This document shows positions 7,769-15,244 of a DNA stretch of 15,713 nt, piece after piece (position 1 is the first letter of the stretch; each line of letters starts with the position of its first letter). The DNA is taken from contig CAXBPH010000158.1 in the NCBI GenBank assembly GCA_963977445.1, positions 1 through 15,713 on the forward strand, read 5' to 3'. Under the pieces are notes generated by a model. The model made no database searches. It was not told the DNA's origin and worked only from the letters and a program-made list of their open reading frames with translations. Source of the stretch: an uncultured bacterium (lineage in GTDB: Bacteria; Hydrogenedentota; Hydrogenedentia; Hydrogenedentales; JAEUWI01). The position numbers were made by a program, and so were the translations under genes.

Positions 7769-8706
7769 CCGATGTGGTAGTTGCACGCAGTGAGCAGGTG
7801 AAGGAATATGCCCGAAGTTTGGGCTTCGACGTCTGTGGTATTGCCACGGCGGGGCCCATCGACCCCGAAGACCGCCTCGGCGAATGGCTGGGTCACGGTT
7901 ACCACGCCGATATGAATTGGATGGCACGAACGAAGGCCATCCGTCAGGACCCCCGCGAAAAAATACCCACCGCCCGTTCGGTGGTCGTCGTGGCACGGAA
8001 CTACTACCACCCCCGCCCCGAAGCCAGTGAAGGCTCGGGAAGGGTAGCGCGCTACGCCTGGGGCCGTGATTACCACAAAGTTCTCAAGAAGCCCCTGCTC
8101 AAACTGGCCCGCTTTCTCGATGGATTCGGTGTGGATGCTCCCAGCTATGCGGCGGTAGATAGTGGCCCGGTCATGGAGCGTGCCTGGGCCGAGCGTTCGG
8201 GCGTGGGTTGGGTTGGCAAGAACAGCCTCATATTGCGCCGCGACCTGGGGTCCTGGTTTTTCCTGGGGACGGTTATTACGGAAGTAGCCCTGGTGCCCGA
8301 TAGCCCGGTGACGGACCACTGCGGTTCCTGCCGGGCCTGCCTCGATGCCTGTCCGACGGATGCCTTCGTGGCCGAAGGTGTGCTTGATGCGCGAAAGTGT
8401 ATTTCCTATCAGACCATTGAAAACCGGGGAGAAATCCCTGAAGAACTGCATAACCAGATGGAAGGCTGGATTTTCGGCTGTGACATCTGTCAGGAAGTCT
8501 GCCCCTGGAATCGGTTTGCCAAAGAAAGCACAGAAGCCGATTTTTTGCCCCGAAGCGGCCATGCGAACCCGGACCTGGCGGAGCTGTGTGCGATGAGCGA
8601 AGGGGCCTTTAACGATGAGTTTGCGGGAACGCCGATTCGACGAACCAAGCATGCCGGCATGGTACGTAACGGGCAAATTGTTCGTGATGCGGGGTCCGAA
8701 AAATAG
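7765..8706 (+). CDS. queG: tRNA epoxyqueuosine(34) reductase QueG
   Basis: YHADMNWM, ARYAWGRDYH, VDSGPVMER.WA..SG.GW.GKN, GSWFFLG, and the two [4Fe-4S] cysteine sets CGSCRACLDACPT..CISY and FGCDICQEVCPWN. It has an ATGA overlap with the SIS gene stop. Confidence 0.96.
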   Translation: MTDVVVARSEQVKEYARSLGFDVCGIATAGPIDPEDRLGEWLGHGYHADMNWMARTKAIRQDPREKIPTARSVVVVARNYYHPRPEASEGSGRVARYAWGRDYHKVLKKPLLKLARFLDGFGVDAPSYAAVDSGPVMERAWAERSGVGWVGKNSLILRRDLGSWFFLGTVITEVALVPDSPVTDHCGSCRACLDACPTDAFVAEGVLDARKCISYQTIENRGEIPEELHNQMEGWIFGCDICQEVCPWNRFAKESTEADFLPRSGHANPDLAELCAMSEGAFNDEFAGTPIRRTKHAGMVRNGQIVRDAGSEK

Positions 8707-8809
8707 CCGTAGTTTTTTGGGTAATGCCACCTCCATCGAAATATGGCCCTATTCGACGTGAATCCGCCAACGCTGCCGGTGAGAATTTACCGGGATCTGC
8801 CGTTCATGC

Positions 8810-9097
8810 TCAGGGCAAATTTTCGCGGTAGACCGTCAGGATTTCTACGACGTCGCCATTGACCCGATAGATGAAGCTATACTTTCGATAGACTACGCGC
8901 CGTATCCCCTCACCAAATTCGGGCATGGACATACCGGATTCTGGAAACTCCCCCAGTAACTTTTCCAACCACGATTCGAACTGTCCCAGATACGCCACGA
9001 CAAACTCGCCGGACAAATTCTTTTCGTAAAGGTAATCCGCGATCTCCTCCAGACGCTCTTGCGCGCGGGGTGAGAAAACGATGGCAAACTTACTCAT
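8810..9097 (-). CDS. Type II toxin, RelE/ParE superfamily (ParE-like)
   Basis: 95 aa with the pattern FSPRA..RL.EIADY...L.EFPESG...G.RR.V...Y...YRV.GD.VEIL.V. It overlaps the upstream small gene by 8 nt. Confidence 0.85.
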   Translation of the reverse strand: MSKFAIVFSPRAQERLEEIADYLYEKNLSGEFVVAYLGQFESWLEKLLGEFPESGMSMPEFGEGIRRVVYRKYSFIYRVNGDVVEILTVYRENLP

Positions 9098-9302
9098 ACT
9101 TGGCGCGTATTTCTTGCATTACGGTGCCCAAGGGAAGGGCGTTTCCAGAATTCAATTGCTCGATGGACACCCCCACATCTCCCTTGATTCGCTCCTGCCG
9201 GAGGAAGGTCATAAAATCCTGGGCAATGGCGTGTACATTATCGCCATAGGTTTCCCGGACCCGCTCTTCCAGCTCAGGATCATCGATTTGTATATTCAGC
9301 AT
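9090..9302 (-). CDS. Putative cognate antitoxin (70 aa, family not recognised)
   Basis: Small acidic ORF MLNIQIDDPELEE...EIRAKYE with RBS AAGGGA. It lies directly upstream of the toxin and overlaps it (ATGAGTAA). Confidence 0.7.
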   Translation of the reverse strand: MLNIQIDDPELEERVRETYGDNVHAIAQDFMTFLRQERIKGDVGVSIEQLNSGNALPLGTVMQEIRAKYE

Positions 9303-9453
9303 GACATGTCCCTTGGAATAGTTGCTCGAATTCAAGATACACCAACGTCGGTAGGGTTGCCCCATACCCACATAGCCGATTTTATTCTAGCATGGGTCAG
9401 AAGTGAATGGTATCGGGGTCGTGACCACATTTAGAACAGGATAACACGCCCAT

Positions 9454-10785
9454 CTATAGTGACCAGCCCTCCCGGTAGGCCTGCCGGACGTATTCCGTTG
9501 CCTTGGGGGCGTTGGTGAATTCCATGGGCTCCGTATCCCACAGGAGCTTCGTGTTCATCCGCTTGGCAATGTTTCCCAAGAGCGCGATTTCCGTGAGTGG
9601 TCCCGAGTAGGAAAAATCGGCGTTGGCTTTTCTGTTTTCACGGATGGCATTGCACCATTCCTCTTCATGGGTGCCTTCCACCTGGCGGAGGCTTGGATCG
9701 GGCGGGGTAAATGCCTGCATGCGCGCCTCGGGCACCAGTCGTGGCGATTGACCGTAGGTTCCGCAGGTGAGGTAGCCCGTGCTGCCCTTGAAGAGTGCTC
9801 CACCCTCGGTATCGCCCAAATCATCCTTATCACTCAAATCAACGGGCCGGGGCGGACGAAGTCCATCGTACCAATTGACGATCACCGAAGGGCGATCTGC
9901 CGTCGCAGGAAACTCATAGCGCACGATGGAGGCCAGCGGGTGCAATTCGTCAGTAAGGCCCGTGGAACTCGCATCAATGCTTGTCGGTTGTCCCAGCTTG
10001 AGGGCGCGAACGATGGGGTCCAGCGTGTGGGCGCCACGGTCTCCCATCATGCCGCAACCAAAGTCCCACCAGCTGCGCCAACTCCGGGGGTGGTAACAGG
10101 GATGATAGGGGCGCATGGGTGCAGGGCCGACCCATAGATCCCAATTCACGTGATCGGGCACGGGCGGGGTTTCCGTTGGTCGGGCCCCCACGGGGGAACT
10201 CCAACTCGCGTGGCCCCAGGGGTAGTAGCTCAGGTCACACCACGCGTCTACCTCGCGCACCTCGCCGATGACGCCCGCCTGAATCCACTCCGCCACCTCT
10301 CGTCCACCGGACATAGAGTGACCTTGGATGCCCATTTGGGTGACCACCCCGGTTGCTGCGGCAATTTGCGCCAGACGACGGGCTTCAAAGACATCGTGGG
10401 TGAGCGGTTTCTGACAATACACGTGTTTGCCCGCCTCCATGGCCGCTTTGGCGATGACGGCATGGGTGTGGTCGGGCGTGGCAATCAAAACGGCATCAAT
10501 TTCAGGTTGTTTTTCCAGCATGACGCGAAAATCGGTGTATTGGGTCGCCTTAGGGTAGTCGGCGAAGGTGGCCCCAGCGTATTCGGTGTCGATATCGCAT
10601 AAGGCAACAATATTTTCGCCCGCCAGGGCCCGAAGATTACCCCGGCCCATGCCGCCGATGCCGACACCTGCAATATTGACCTTCTCATTGGGTGATTGGG
10701 GTGCGGCGGTGGATTGGGTCGACGCCATGGTGGCAACGACAAGGCCAGATGACTGCATAAAGTGACGACGGCTCAACAGGGGCAT
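9454..10785 (-). CDS. Gfo/Idh/MocA family NAD(P)-dependent oxidoreductase with twin-arginine (Tat) signal peptide
   Basis: N-terminal SRRHFM, Rossmann motif GVGIGGMG, IATPDHTH, GKHVYCQKPL, WDLWVGPAP and WRSWWDFGCGMMGDRGAHTLD. Confidence 0.93.
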   Translation of the reverse strand: MPLLSRRHFMQSSGLVVATMASTQSTAAPQSPNEKVNIAGVGIGGMGRGNLRALAGENIVALCDIDTEYAGATFADYPKATQYTDFRVMLEKQPEIDAVLIATPDHTHAVIAKAAMEAGKHVYCQKPLTHDVFEARRLAQIAAATGVVTQMGIQGHSMSGGREVAEWIQAGVIGEVREVDAWCDLSYYPWGHASWSSPVGARPTETPPVPDHVNWDLWVGPAPMRPYHPCYHPRSWRSWWDFGCGMMGDRGAHTLDPIVRALKLGQPTSIDASSTGLTDELHPLASIVRYEFPATADRPSVIVNWYDGLRPPRPVDLSDKDDLGDTEGGALFKGSTGYLTCGTYGQSPRLVPEARMQAFTPPDPSLRQVEGTHEEEWCNAIRENRKANADFSYSGPLTEIALLGNIAKRMNTKLLWDTEPMEFTNAPKATEYVRQAYREGWSL

Positions 10786-10934
10786 GGCAGCTTTCCTCGT
10801 GGTTTATTCTGTTCAACCCCGTCATAGTAGCGTCATTCGAAAGATTTGTCCAAGGTAGTTTTATCCTGGGGGTATTAAGCAGTATGAGATTCCTGTTCGC
10901 TACACGAGTGCGGAGAATAAAAGGATGTTATGGG

Positions 10935-10964
10935 TTGTAAGTTGGTTCGTACACTTTGTATGCT
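10935..10964 (+). promoter_or_regulatory. Putative sigma70-type promoter for the AI-2E transporter gene
   Basis: TTGTAA (10935-10940), 18-nt spacer and TATGCT (10959-10964) in an AT-richer divergent intergenic region. Confidence 0.35.
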
Positions 10965-11032
10965 CTCCATAACAGGGGCGGGCAGCTTCCCAAAGCCCTG
11001 TTTATCTTGCGGACCAACGAGGAACTACCCGG

Positions 11033-12391
11033 ATGATCGCTGAAGTATTAGAGAACAAGTGGGTTCGCGCGACGGCGCTGCTGGGGGCCATTATTGGCAT
11101 CTCTATCGTGCTGTACCTGCTGAGTGCGGTGCTGGTCCCCCTGTTTTTTGCCTTTATTGTGGCCTATATCTTCGATCCGGTGATCGATAAGATTGAGACC
11201 TACAAAATCTCTCGGGTTGGGGCCATTGTGACCTTGGTGGGCGGGATCACACTGGCCGCCATCATTTTTCCCTTTGTCGTCGTGCCCAGCATTATTCTCC
11301 AAGTCAATTCGATGATGGAGACTCCCCAAGGGGTCACCCCCAGTGAGGAGCGCGAATCAAAAGAGAAGGAGCTTTTTCGGGAGCGGGTCGCCCACAAGAT
11401 TGAAGATGTGCTGGCGCTGGATCTCGCCGTGCGGCTTCTGGGCTGGGATCAACCCAGAGACGGGGGGCATGGCGAGGAAGCTGTCGTTGTGCCCAGTGCA
11501 GACCAGGCAGACGAAAACGCCAAGACCGTCGAAGTGGAAGCATCCGCAATGACTGAGGGTGACCCGGATACGAATTCGGAAGGCAGCGTTTCTGCCACGG
11601 TGACCACCTCCGGTGATCTCGATTCGCTCGCGATTATAAACGCCCGTGTTTCGGACATGATACGAGGGAATGCGGAAAACCTGATGCAATCGCTCTTCCC
11701 CAAGTGGAAAGATGCCGGTTCCTCGGTGCTGCGCATGATTGGATTCGTTAGTGATACCTTCCTCAGCATGTTTCTTTTTGTGGGTAATTTCGTGCTCTTT
11801 GCCTTTGTGGCCATCTATCTCCTGAAGGACTACGACCACATCGTGGCCTATGGGGACAGCCTGGTACCCCATCGAAATCGTCTTCGGGTGCGGGATATTA
11901 TGGGACGCATCGATAGACAGTTACGCTCGTTTCTTCGGGGCCAATTCATGGTGTGCTGCTGCCTGGGGGTCATGTATGCCATCGGCCTGACCATTGCAGG
12001 GGCCCCCTTCTCCCTGCTGCTGGCGCTCTTTGGCGCGCTGGCGAGCTTTGTGCCGTACCTGGGACTGGTCCTGACTATTGGACCCGCCGTCGGGCTCACC
12101 ATTCTCTTTTATGGTGGCTTTGACTGGCATCTGGTGGGTGTACTGGTGACTTTTGTCGTCGCCCAGTTTCTGGAAGGGAACTTTCTCACGCCGAAGATCG
12201 TGGGTTCGCAGGTGGGCCTGGGACCCGTTTGGGTCATCCTCGCGATCATGATTTTCAGCAGCACCCTGGGCTTCATCGGCCTATTGCTGGCCGTGCCCAT
12301 CGCCGCGGTGCTGAAGGTGTTGGCGGAAGAGGCCCTGCTCTACTACCGGACGTCTGCCTTCTTTTCCGATGACCCTTCAGAGGCCTCATAG
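11033..12391 (+). CDS. AI-2E family transporter (PerM/TqsA-like, UPF0118)
   Basis: PLFFAFIVAYIFDP, YLLKD, LRSFLRGQ, FVPYLG, QFLEGNFLTPKIVG..VGL.P and GFIGLLLAVPIAA. The RBS GAGG lies upstream. Confidence 0.92.
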   Translation: MIAEVLENKWVRATALLGAIIGISIVLYLLSAVLVPLFFAFIVAYIFDPVIDKIETYKISRVGAIVTLVGGITLAAIIFPFVVVPSIILQVNSMMETPQGVTPSEERESKEKELFRERVAHKIEDVLALDLAVRLLGWDQPRDGGHGEEAVVVPSADQADENAKTVEVEASAMTEGDPDTNSEGSVSATVTTSGDLDSLAIINARVSDMIRGNAENLMQSLFPKWKDAGSSVLRMIGFVSDTFLSMFLFVGNFVLFAFVAIYLLKDYDHIVAYGDSLVPHRNRLRVRDIMGRIDRQLRSFLRGQFMVCCCLGVMYAIGLTIAGAPFSLLLALFGALASFVPYLGLVLTIGPAVGLTILFYGGFDWHLVGVLVTFVVAQFLEGNFLTPKIVGSQVGLGPVWVILAIMIFSSTLGFIGLLLAVPIAAVLKVLAEEALLYYRTSAFFSDDPSEAS

Positions 12392-13263
12392 CCATCTTCT
12401 GTCTCGTCGGGGGTCGATGATTCTTCGGTGGCAGTCCGGTTTCTGCGAAACAGGAGAAGCCAGGTGGTGTCGCCGATGCCATAAAGGACGTAGGCCGCGC
12501 CCAGGGGGAAAAGTACCAGGCTGGGCGACTTACTCATTGCATAGTGAAACACAACGACCACCACGGCAAAGAGCACGATGAACGGGAAGGCACGTCGTGG
12601 TGCAAGGACGAAAGACTTGAGCTTGTTCTTGGGGTAGCGGACCGTGCTCACCATGAGGAAGGCGCAGATAACCGCCATGGGCCCCAACAGGTAATAGGCC
12701 CAGGGGCCCAGGTTGTTGGACTCCAACCTGTCTGCGAAGTAGCTCAGGAAGAGCACGAAGGCAGCCAACGTTCCTCCCGCTGCTGGTGACGGCAGGCCTG
12801 TGAAATAATCCGTGCGTTCGGCCTGGAAGGTATTGAAGCGTGCCAGGCGCAACGCCGTGCAGATGATATAGACGATGGCCATGTAGGACCCGGTGCGACC
12901 GACAATAGATTCCTGGTGTTCGGTGAGGGCCAGATGAAGGGTCGGTGCTTCGGGGAGGTAAGACGCAAACACCAGCACGCCCGGTGCCACGCCGAAGGTG
13001 ACGATGTCACAAAGGCTGTCGAGTTCCTTACCAAAATCGGAGGTACTTTTTGTGATGCGTGCGACGGTGCCATCCAGTGTATCGAAAATAATACCCACGA
13101 GGATGAAGATGGCGGCTTTCCCGAACTCAGAGCCGATACTCGCAAAAATACTGGCGATACCGCAGTAAAGATTCATGGTTGTCATGACCGACGCGAGCAC
13201 GTTGATGGGCTTGCGACGAATCAGATGACGACGTTTGTGGGTTCGGAAGTGTCGAATGTTCAT
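12343..13263 (-). CDS. pssA: CDP-diacylglycerol--serine O-phosphatidyltransferase (type II PssA)
   Basis: CDP-alcohol phosphotransferase motif D.LDG.VAR.....SDFGKELDSLCD.VTFGVAP, plus LRLARFN, FTGLPSP and LMVS..RYP. It lies downstream of a psd remnant. Confidence 0.92.
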   Translation of the reverse strand: MNIRHFRTHKRRHLIRRKPINVLASVMTTMNLYCGIASIFASIGSEFGKAAIFILVGIIFDTLDGTVARITKSTSDFGKELDSLCDIVTFGVAPGVLVFASYLPEAPTLHLALTEHQESIVGRTGSYMAIVYIICTALRLARFNTFQAERTDYFTGLPSPAAGGTLAAFVLFLSYFADRLESNNLGPWAYYLLGPMAVICAFLMVSTVRYPKNKLKSFVLAPRRAFPFIVLFAVVVVVFHYAMSKSPSLVLFPLGAAYVLYGIGDTTWLLLFRRNRTATEESSTPDETEDGYEASEGSSEKKADVR

Positions 13264-13611
13264 TAAAATCTCGCCATATTGGTTAGGCCGGCATACACGT
13301 TCTGACCGTTAGTTGCGGTCACTTCGGTGCCGACAGGCAGACACAACTCGGTGCGGGAACCGAAGCGTATCATGCCAAATATATCACCTGTTGTTTATAC
13401 TACTCCCTCCGCAACGGGACAAACAATGCGACGGGCAACGGCACCGAAGTTCTGACGTGCCGTCATGGGCCCGTGAACGGTGGTTCATCCACACCGCATT
13501 GGACTCGTTGTTCTGGGAAGTTACTTCGTTTTCCACGGGGGTGACAGCGCGGAGATCGCGAAAGAAGCGGGCCACAATATGAACGGCCCACTTGCCACCC
13601 GCTGAGGGCGC
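13263..13611 (-). pseudogene. psd: Decayed phosphatidylserine decarboxylase proenzyme gene (short Psd type)
   Basis: Manual translation gives ...WAVHIVARFFRDLRAVTPVENEVTS|QNNESNAVWMN-(extra base at about 13482)-TVHGPMTARQNFGAVARRIVCPVAEGVV*(13397-13395)TTGDIFGMIRFGSRTELCLPVGTEVTATNGQNVYAGLTNMARF*. This keeps the Psd motifs FFRD, NE.N, Q..G..ARRIVC, G.IRFGSR and G..V.AG.T. It lacks the N-terminus and the SPADG...DVH.NR.P core. Confidence 0.9.
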
Positions 13612-13615
13612 CTAT

Positions 13616-14317
13616 TTACATCAACTGTCTTTCTTTAAGACTGACAAAACGTCCATCGCCAAAGACCACGTGGTCCAAAAGCGGAATGCCCAACACCTCT
13701 CCCGCCTCCACGAGTCGCCGGGTTAGCTCAAGGTCGGCCCGGCTGGGCTCGGGGTTGCCACTGGGGTGATTGTGGGCAACAATTACGGCCGTGGCACCTT
13801 CGCGCACGGCCCGACGAAAAACGTCTCCGGGTGCGGCGAGAGTTTCATTCAAGGTGCCCCGTGAAACGTCATCAATATTTATCACTTCATTCTTGGTGTT
13901 CAACAAGAGGCTCTTGAAGTGCTCCGTTTCATATTCCTTGAAACGATACATTAACAAATCCGCTACGTCTGCCGCACTACCTATCTTGTTTCTGGGGGCC
14001 GCCTGATGTCGGGCAAGGCGCGATCCGAGCTCCAGGGCCGCCTTGAGCTCGATTGCCTTTACCCGGCCCACCCCAGGAACTTTTTGCAATTCCTGGAGGG
14101 TCGCCCGGCCCAATCGCCGTAGATCACCGAATTCGCGCAGGAGCGCATCCGCCAGCGCAACCGCCCCCATTGTTCGCGTGCCGGTCCGAAACAAGACGGC
14201 AATCAATTCCGCGTCGCGCAGCGCTTCGGGCCCAATTTGTTCCAGGCGCTCCCTGGGTCGATCGGTTTCCGGCATTTCTCGAACGGCAGTACTGACATAG
14301 TGGGTCTGTCGTGTCAC
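13616..14317 (-). CDS. radC: RadC family protein (UPF0758; helix-hairpin-helix plus JAB/MPN domain)
   Basis: DRPRERL...G.EAL.DAELIAV..RTG, HhH motif VPGVG.VKA, E.F..LLLNTKN and JAMM motif HNHPSGNPEPS.AD...LLDHVV. The GTG at 14317 follows GGAGGGAG; a downstream ATG (MPETDRP) is an alternative start. Confidence 0.95.
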   Translation of the reverse strand: MTRQTHYVSTAVREMPETDRPRERLEQIGPEALRDAELIAVLFRTGTRTMGAVALADALLREFGDLRRLGRATLQELQKVPGVGRVKAIELKAALELGSRLARHQAAPRNKIGSAADVADLLMYRFKEYETEHFKSLLLNTKNEVINIDDVSRGTLNETLAAPGDVFRRAVREGATAVIVAHNHPSGNPEPSRADLELTRRLVEAGEVLGIPLLDHVVFGDGRFVSLKERQLM

Positions 14318-14375
14318 GGGGACGCTCCCTCCCTGCTTCCAGGGCTCCCGACCGCCGGGGCCCATTGGGAGGATT

Positions 14376-14405
14376 AGTGTAGCACTACAGGACAGACGAC
14401 GTCGA
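14376..14405 (-). promoter_or_regulatory. Possible internal promoter for radC-psd-pssA
   Basis: On the minus strand: TCGACG (14405-14400), 18-nt spacer and extended -10 TG-C-TACACT (14384-14376). Confidence 0.35.
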
Positions 14406-15242
14406 TGAGGCGTCCCAGATGCCGTGGGCGATTCGATCAAGGCCGGCGAGGTCCTTCGTGATGGCTACATCGACGAAGCCACGGGCCTCCAGGAGGGCAC
14501 AAACCGTGGCACCCTGTGTCTCCCCCATCTCCAGTGCCAAAAGGCCACCATGGACAAGCCGCATCGGTGCCTGGGTAATGATTTGGCGCAGGCAATCGAG
14601 GCCGTCGTCGCCAGAAAGGAGTGCGCCCGGATCTTCGTAATTCCGAATGTCCGGGGCAAGGCCCTCCCAGGTGCCCGCTTCAACGTAGGGTGGGTTGGAG
14701 AGAATGACGTGGAAGGGTTCGACGGCCGTGGGCAGGGCGGCAAAGAGATCGCCTTGACCCACATGGACAGGGAGATCGTGTCTGCGGAAATTCTCCGTCG
14801 CAACGCGGATGGCCACGGGGTTGATGTCGGTAGCCCACAGGGTTTCTGCCCCACTTTCGTGGCCCAATGCGAGGGCGACACACCCGGTGCCGGTGCAGAG
14901 GTCCAGGGCCCGGGCACCAGCTTTGGGAAGGTGGGTCAGCCCGATTTCCACCAGATGTTCCGTTTCTGGCCGTGGGACGAGTAGCGGTGCCTCAACGGCA
15001 AGTTCCAGCCCGTAAAACTCCCAGGTGCCGAGGATATAGGCGATGGGTTCTGCCTGCTCCCGTCGCGCCACCAAGGGTTCCAGTACACTAGTGTCTACGG
15101 GGTCATCAAGGCGGGCAATGAGTCGGGCGCGGTTCCAGCCGGTCACATGACACAGGAGTAGCTCGGCTTCAAACTGAGGTGTTTCGGTTACGTCCGCGAG
15201 TCGCTGGGCAATCTGGCTCAGCGTTTCCCGTGCGGTACGCAC
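14385..15242 (-). CDS. prmC: Release factor glutamine N5-methyltransferase PrmC (HemK)
   Basis: EAELLL, RR...EPIAYILG.WEFYG, LVPRPETE.LVE, SAM motif LDLCTGTGC, SNPPY and G.DGLD. It starts 2 nt after the prfA stop. Confidence 0.96.
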   Translation of the reverse strand: MRTARETLSQIAQRLADVTETPQFEAELLLCHVTGWNRARLIARLDDPVDTSVLEPLVARREQAEPIAYILGTWEFYGLELAVEAPLLVPRPETEHLVEIGLTHLPKAGARALDLCTGTGCVALALGHESGAETLWATDINPVAIRVATENFRRHDLPVHVGQGDLFAALPTAVEPFHVILSNPPYVEAGTWEGLAPDIRNYEDPGALLSGDDGLDCLRQIITQAPMRLVHGGLLALEMGETQGATVCALLEARGFVDVAITKDLAGLDRIAHGIWDASSTSSVL

Positions 15243-15244
15243 CC

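Noticed and set aside
7741..8736. 331-aa antisense ORF opposite queG; similar shadow ORFs at 4194-4880, 5518-6108, 6439-7083 and 14424-14984
   Set aside because: No recognisable motifs and they lie opposite well-conserved genes. Long antisense frames are expected from codon bias in GC-rich coding DNA.
8777..8795. Hairpin CCGGTGA-gaat-TTACCGG between queG and the toxin gene
   Set aside because: The stem is short and lacks a convincing U-tract on either strand, so it is too weak to call a terminator.
13395..13485. Programmed frameshift or stop readthrough rescuing psd
   Set aside because: There is no slippery sequence at the shift, the stop is TAA, and the N-terminus and catalytic core are missing, so recoding could not restore the enzyme.
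13313..13582. ORF-track entries 13313-13582 (+) and 13384-13575 (-) as independent small genes
   Set aside because: The minus ORF is the 5' part of the psd pseudogene running out of frame after the frameshift. The plus ORF is its antisense shadow.
13616..14317. radC as a marker of a mobile element or anti-restriction module
   Set aside because: It is the full-length HhH+JAB chromosomal form within a prfA-prmC housekeeping run, not the short JAB-only form found on ICEs and prophages.
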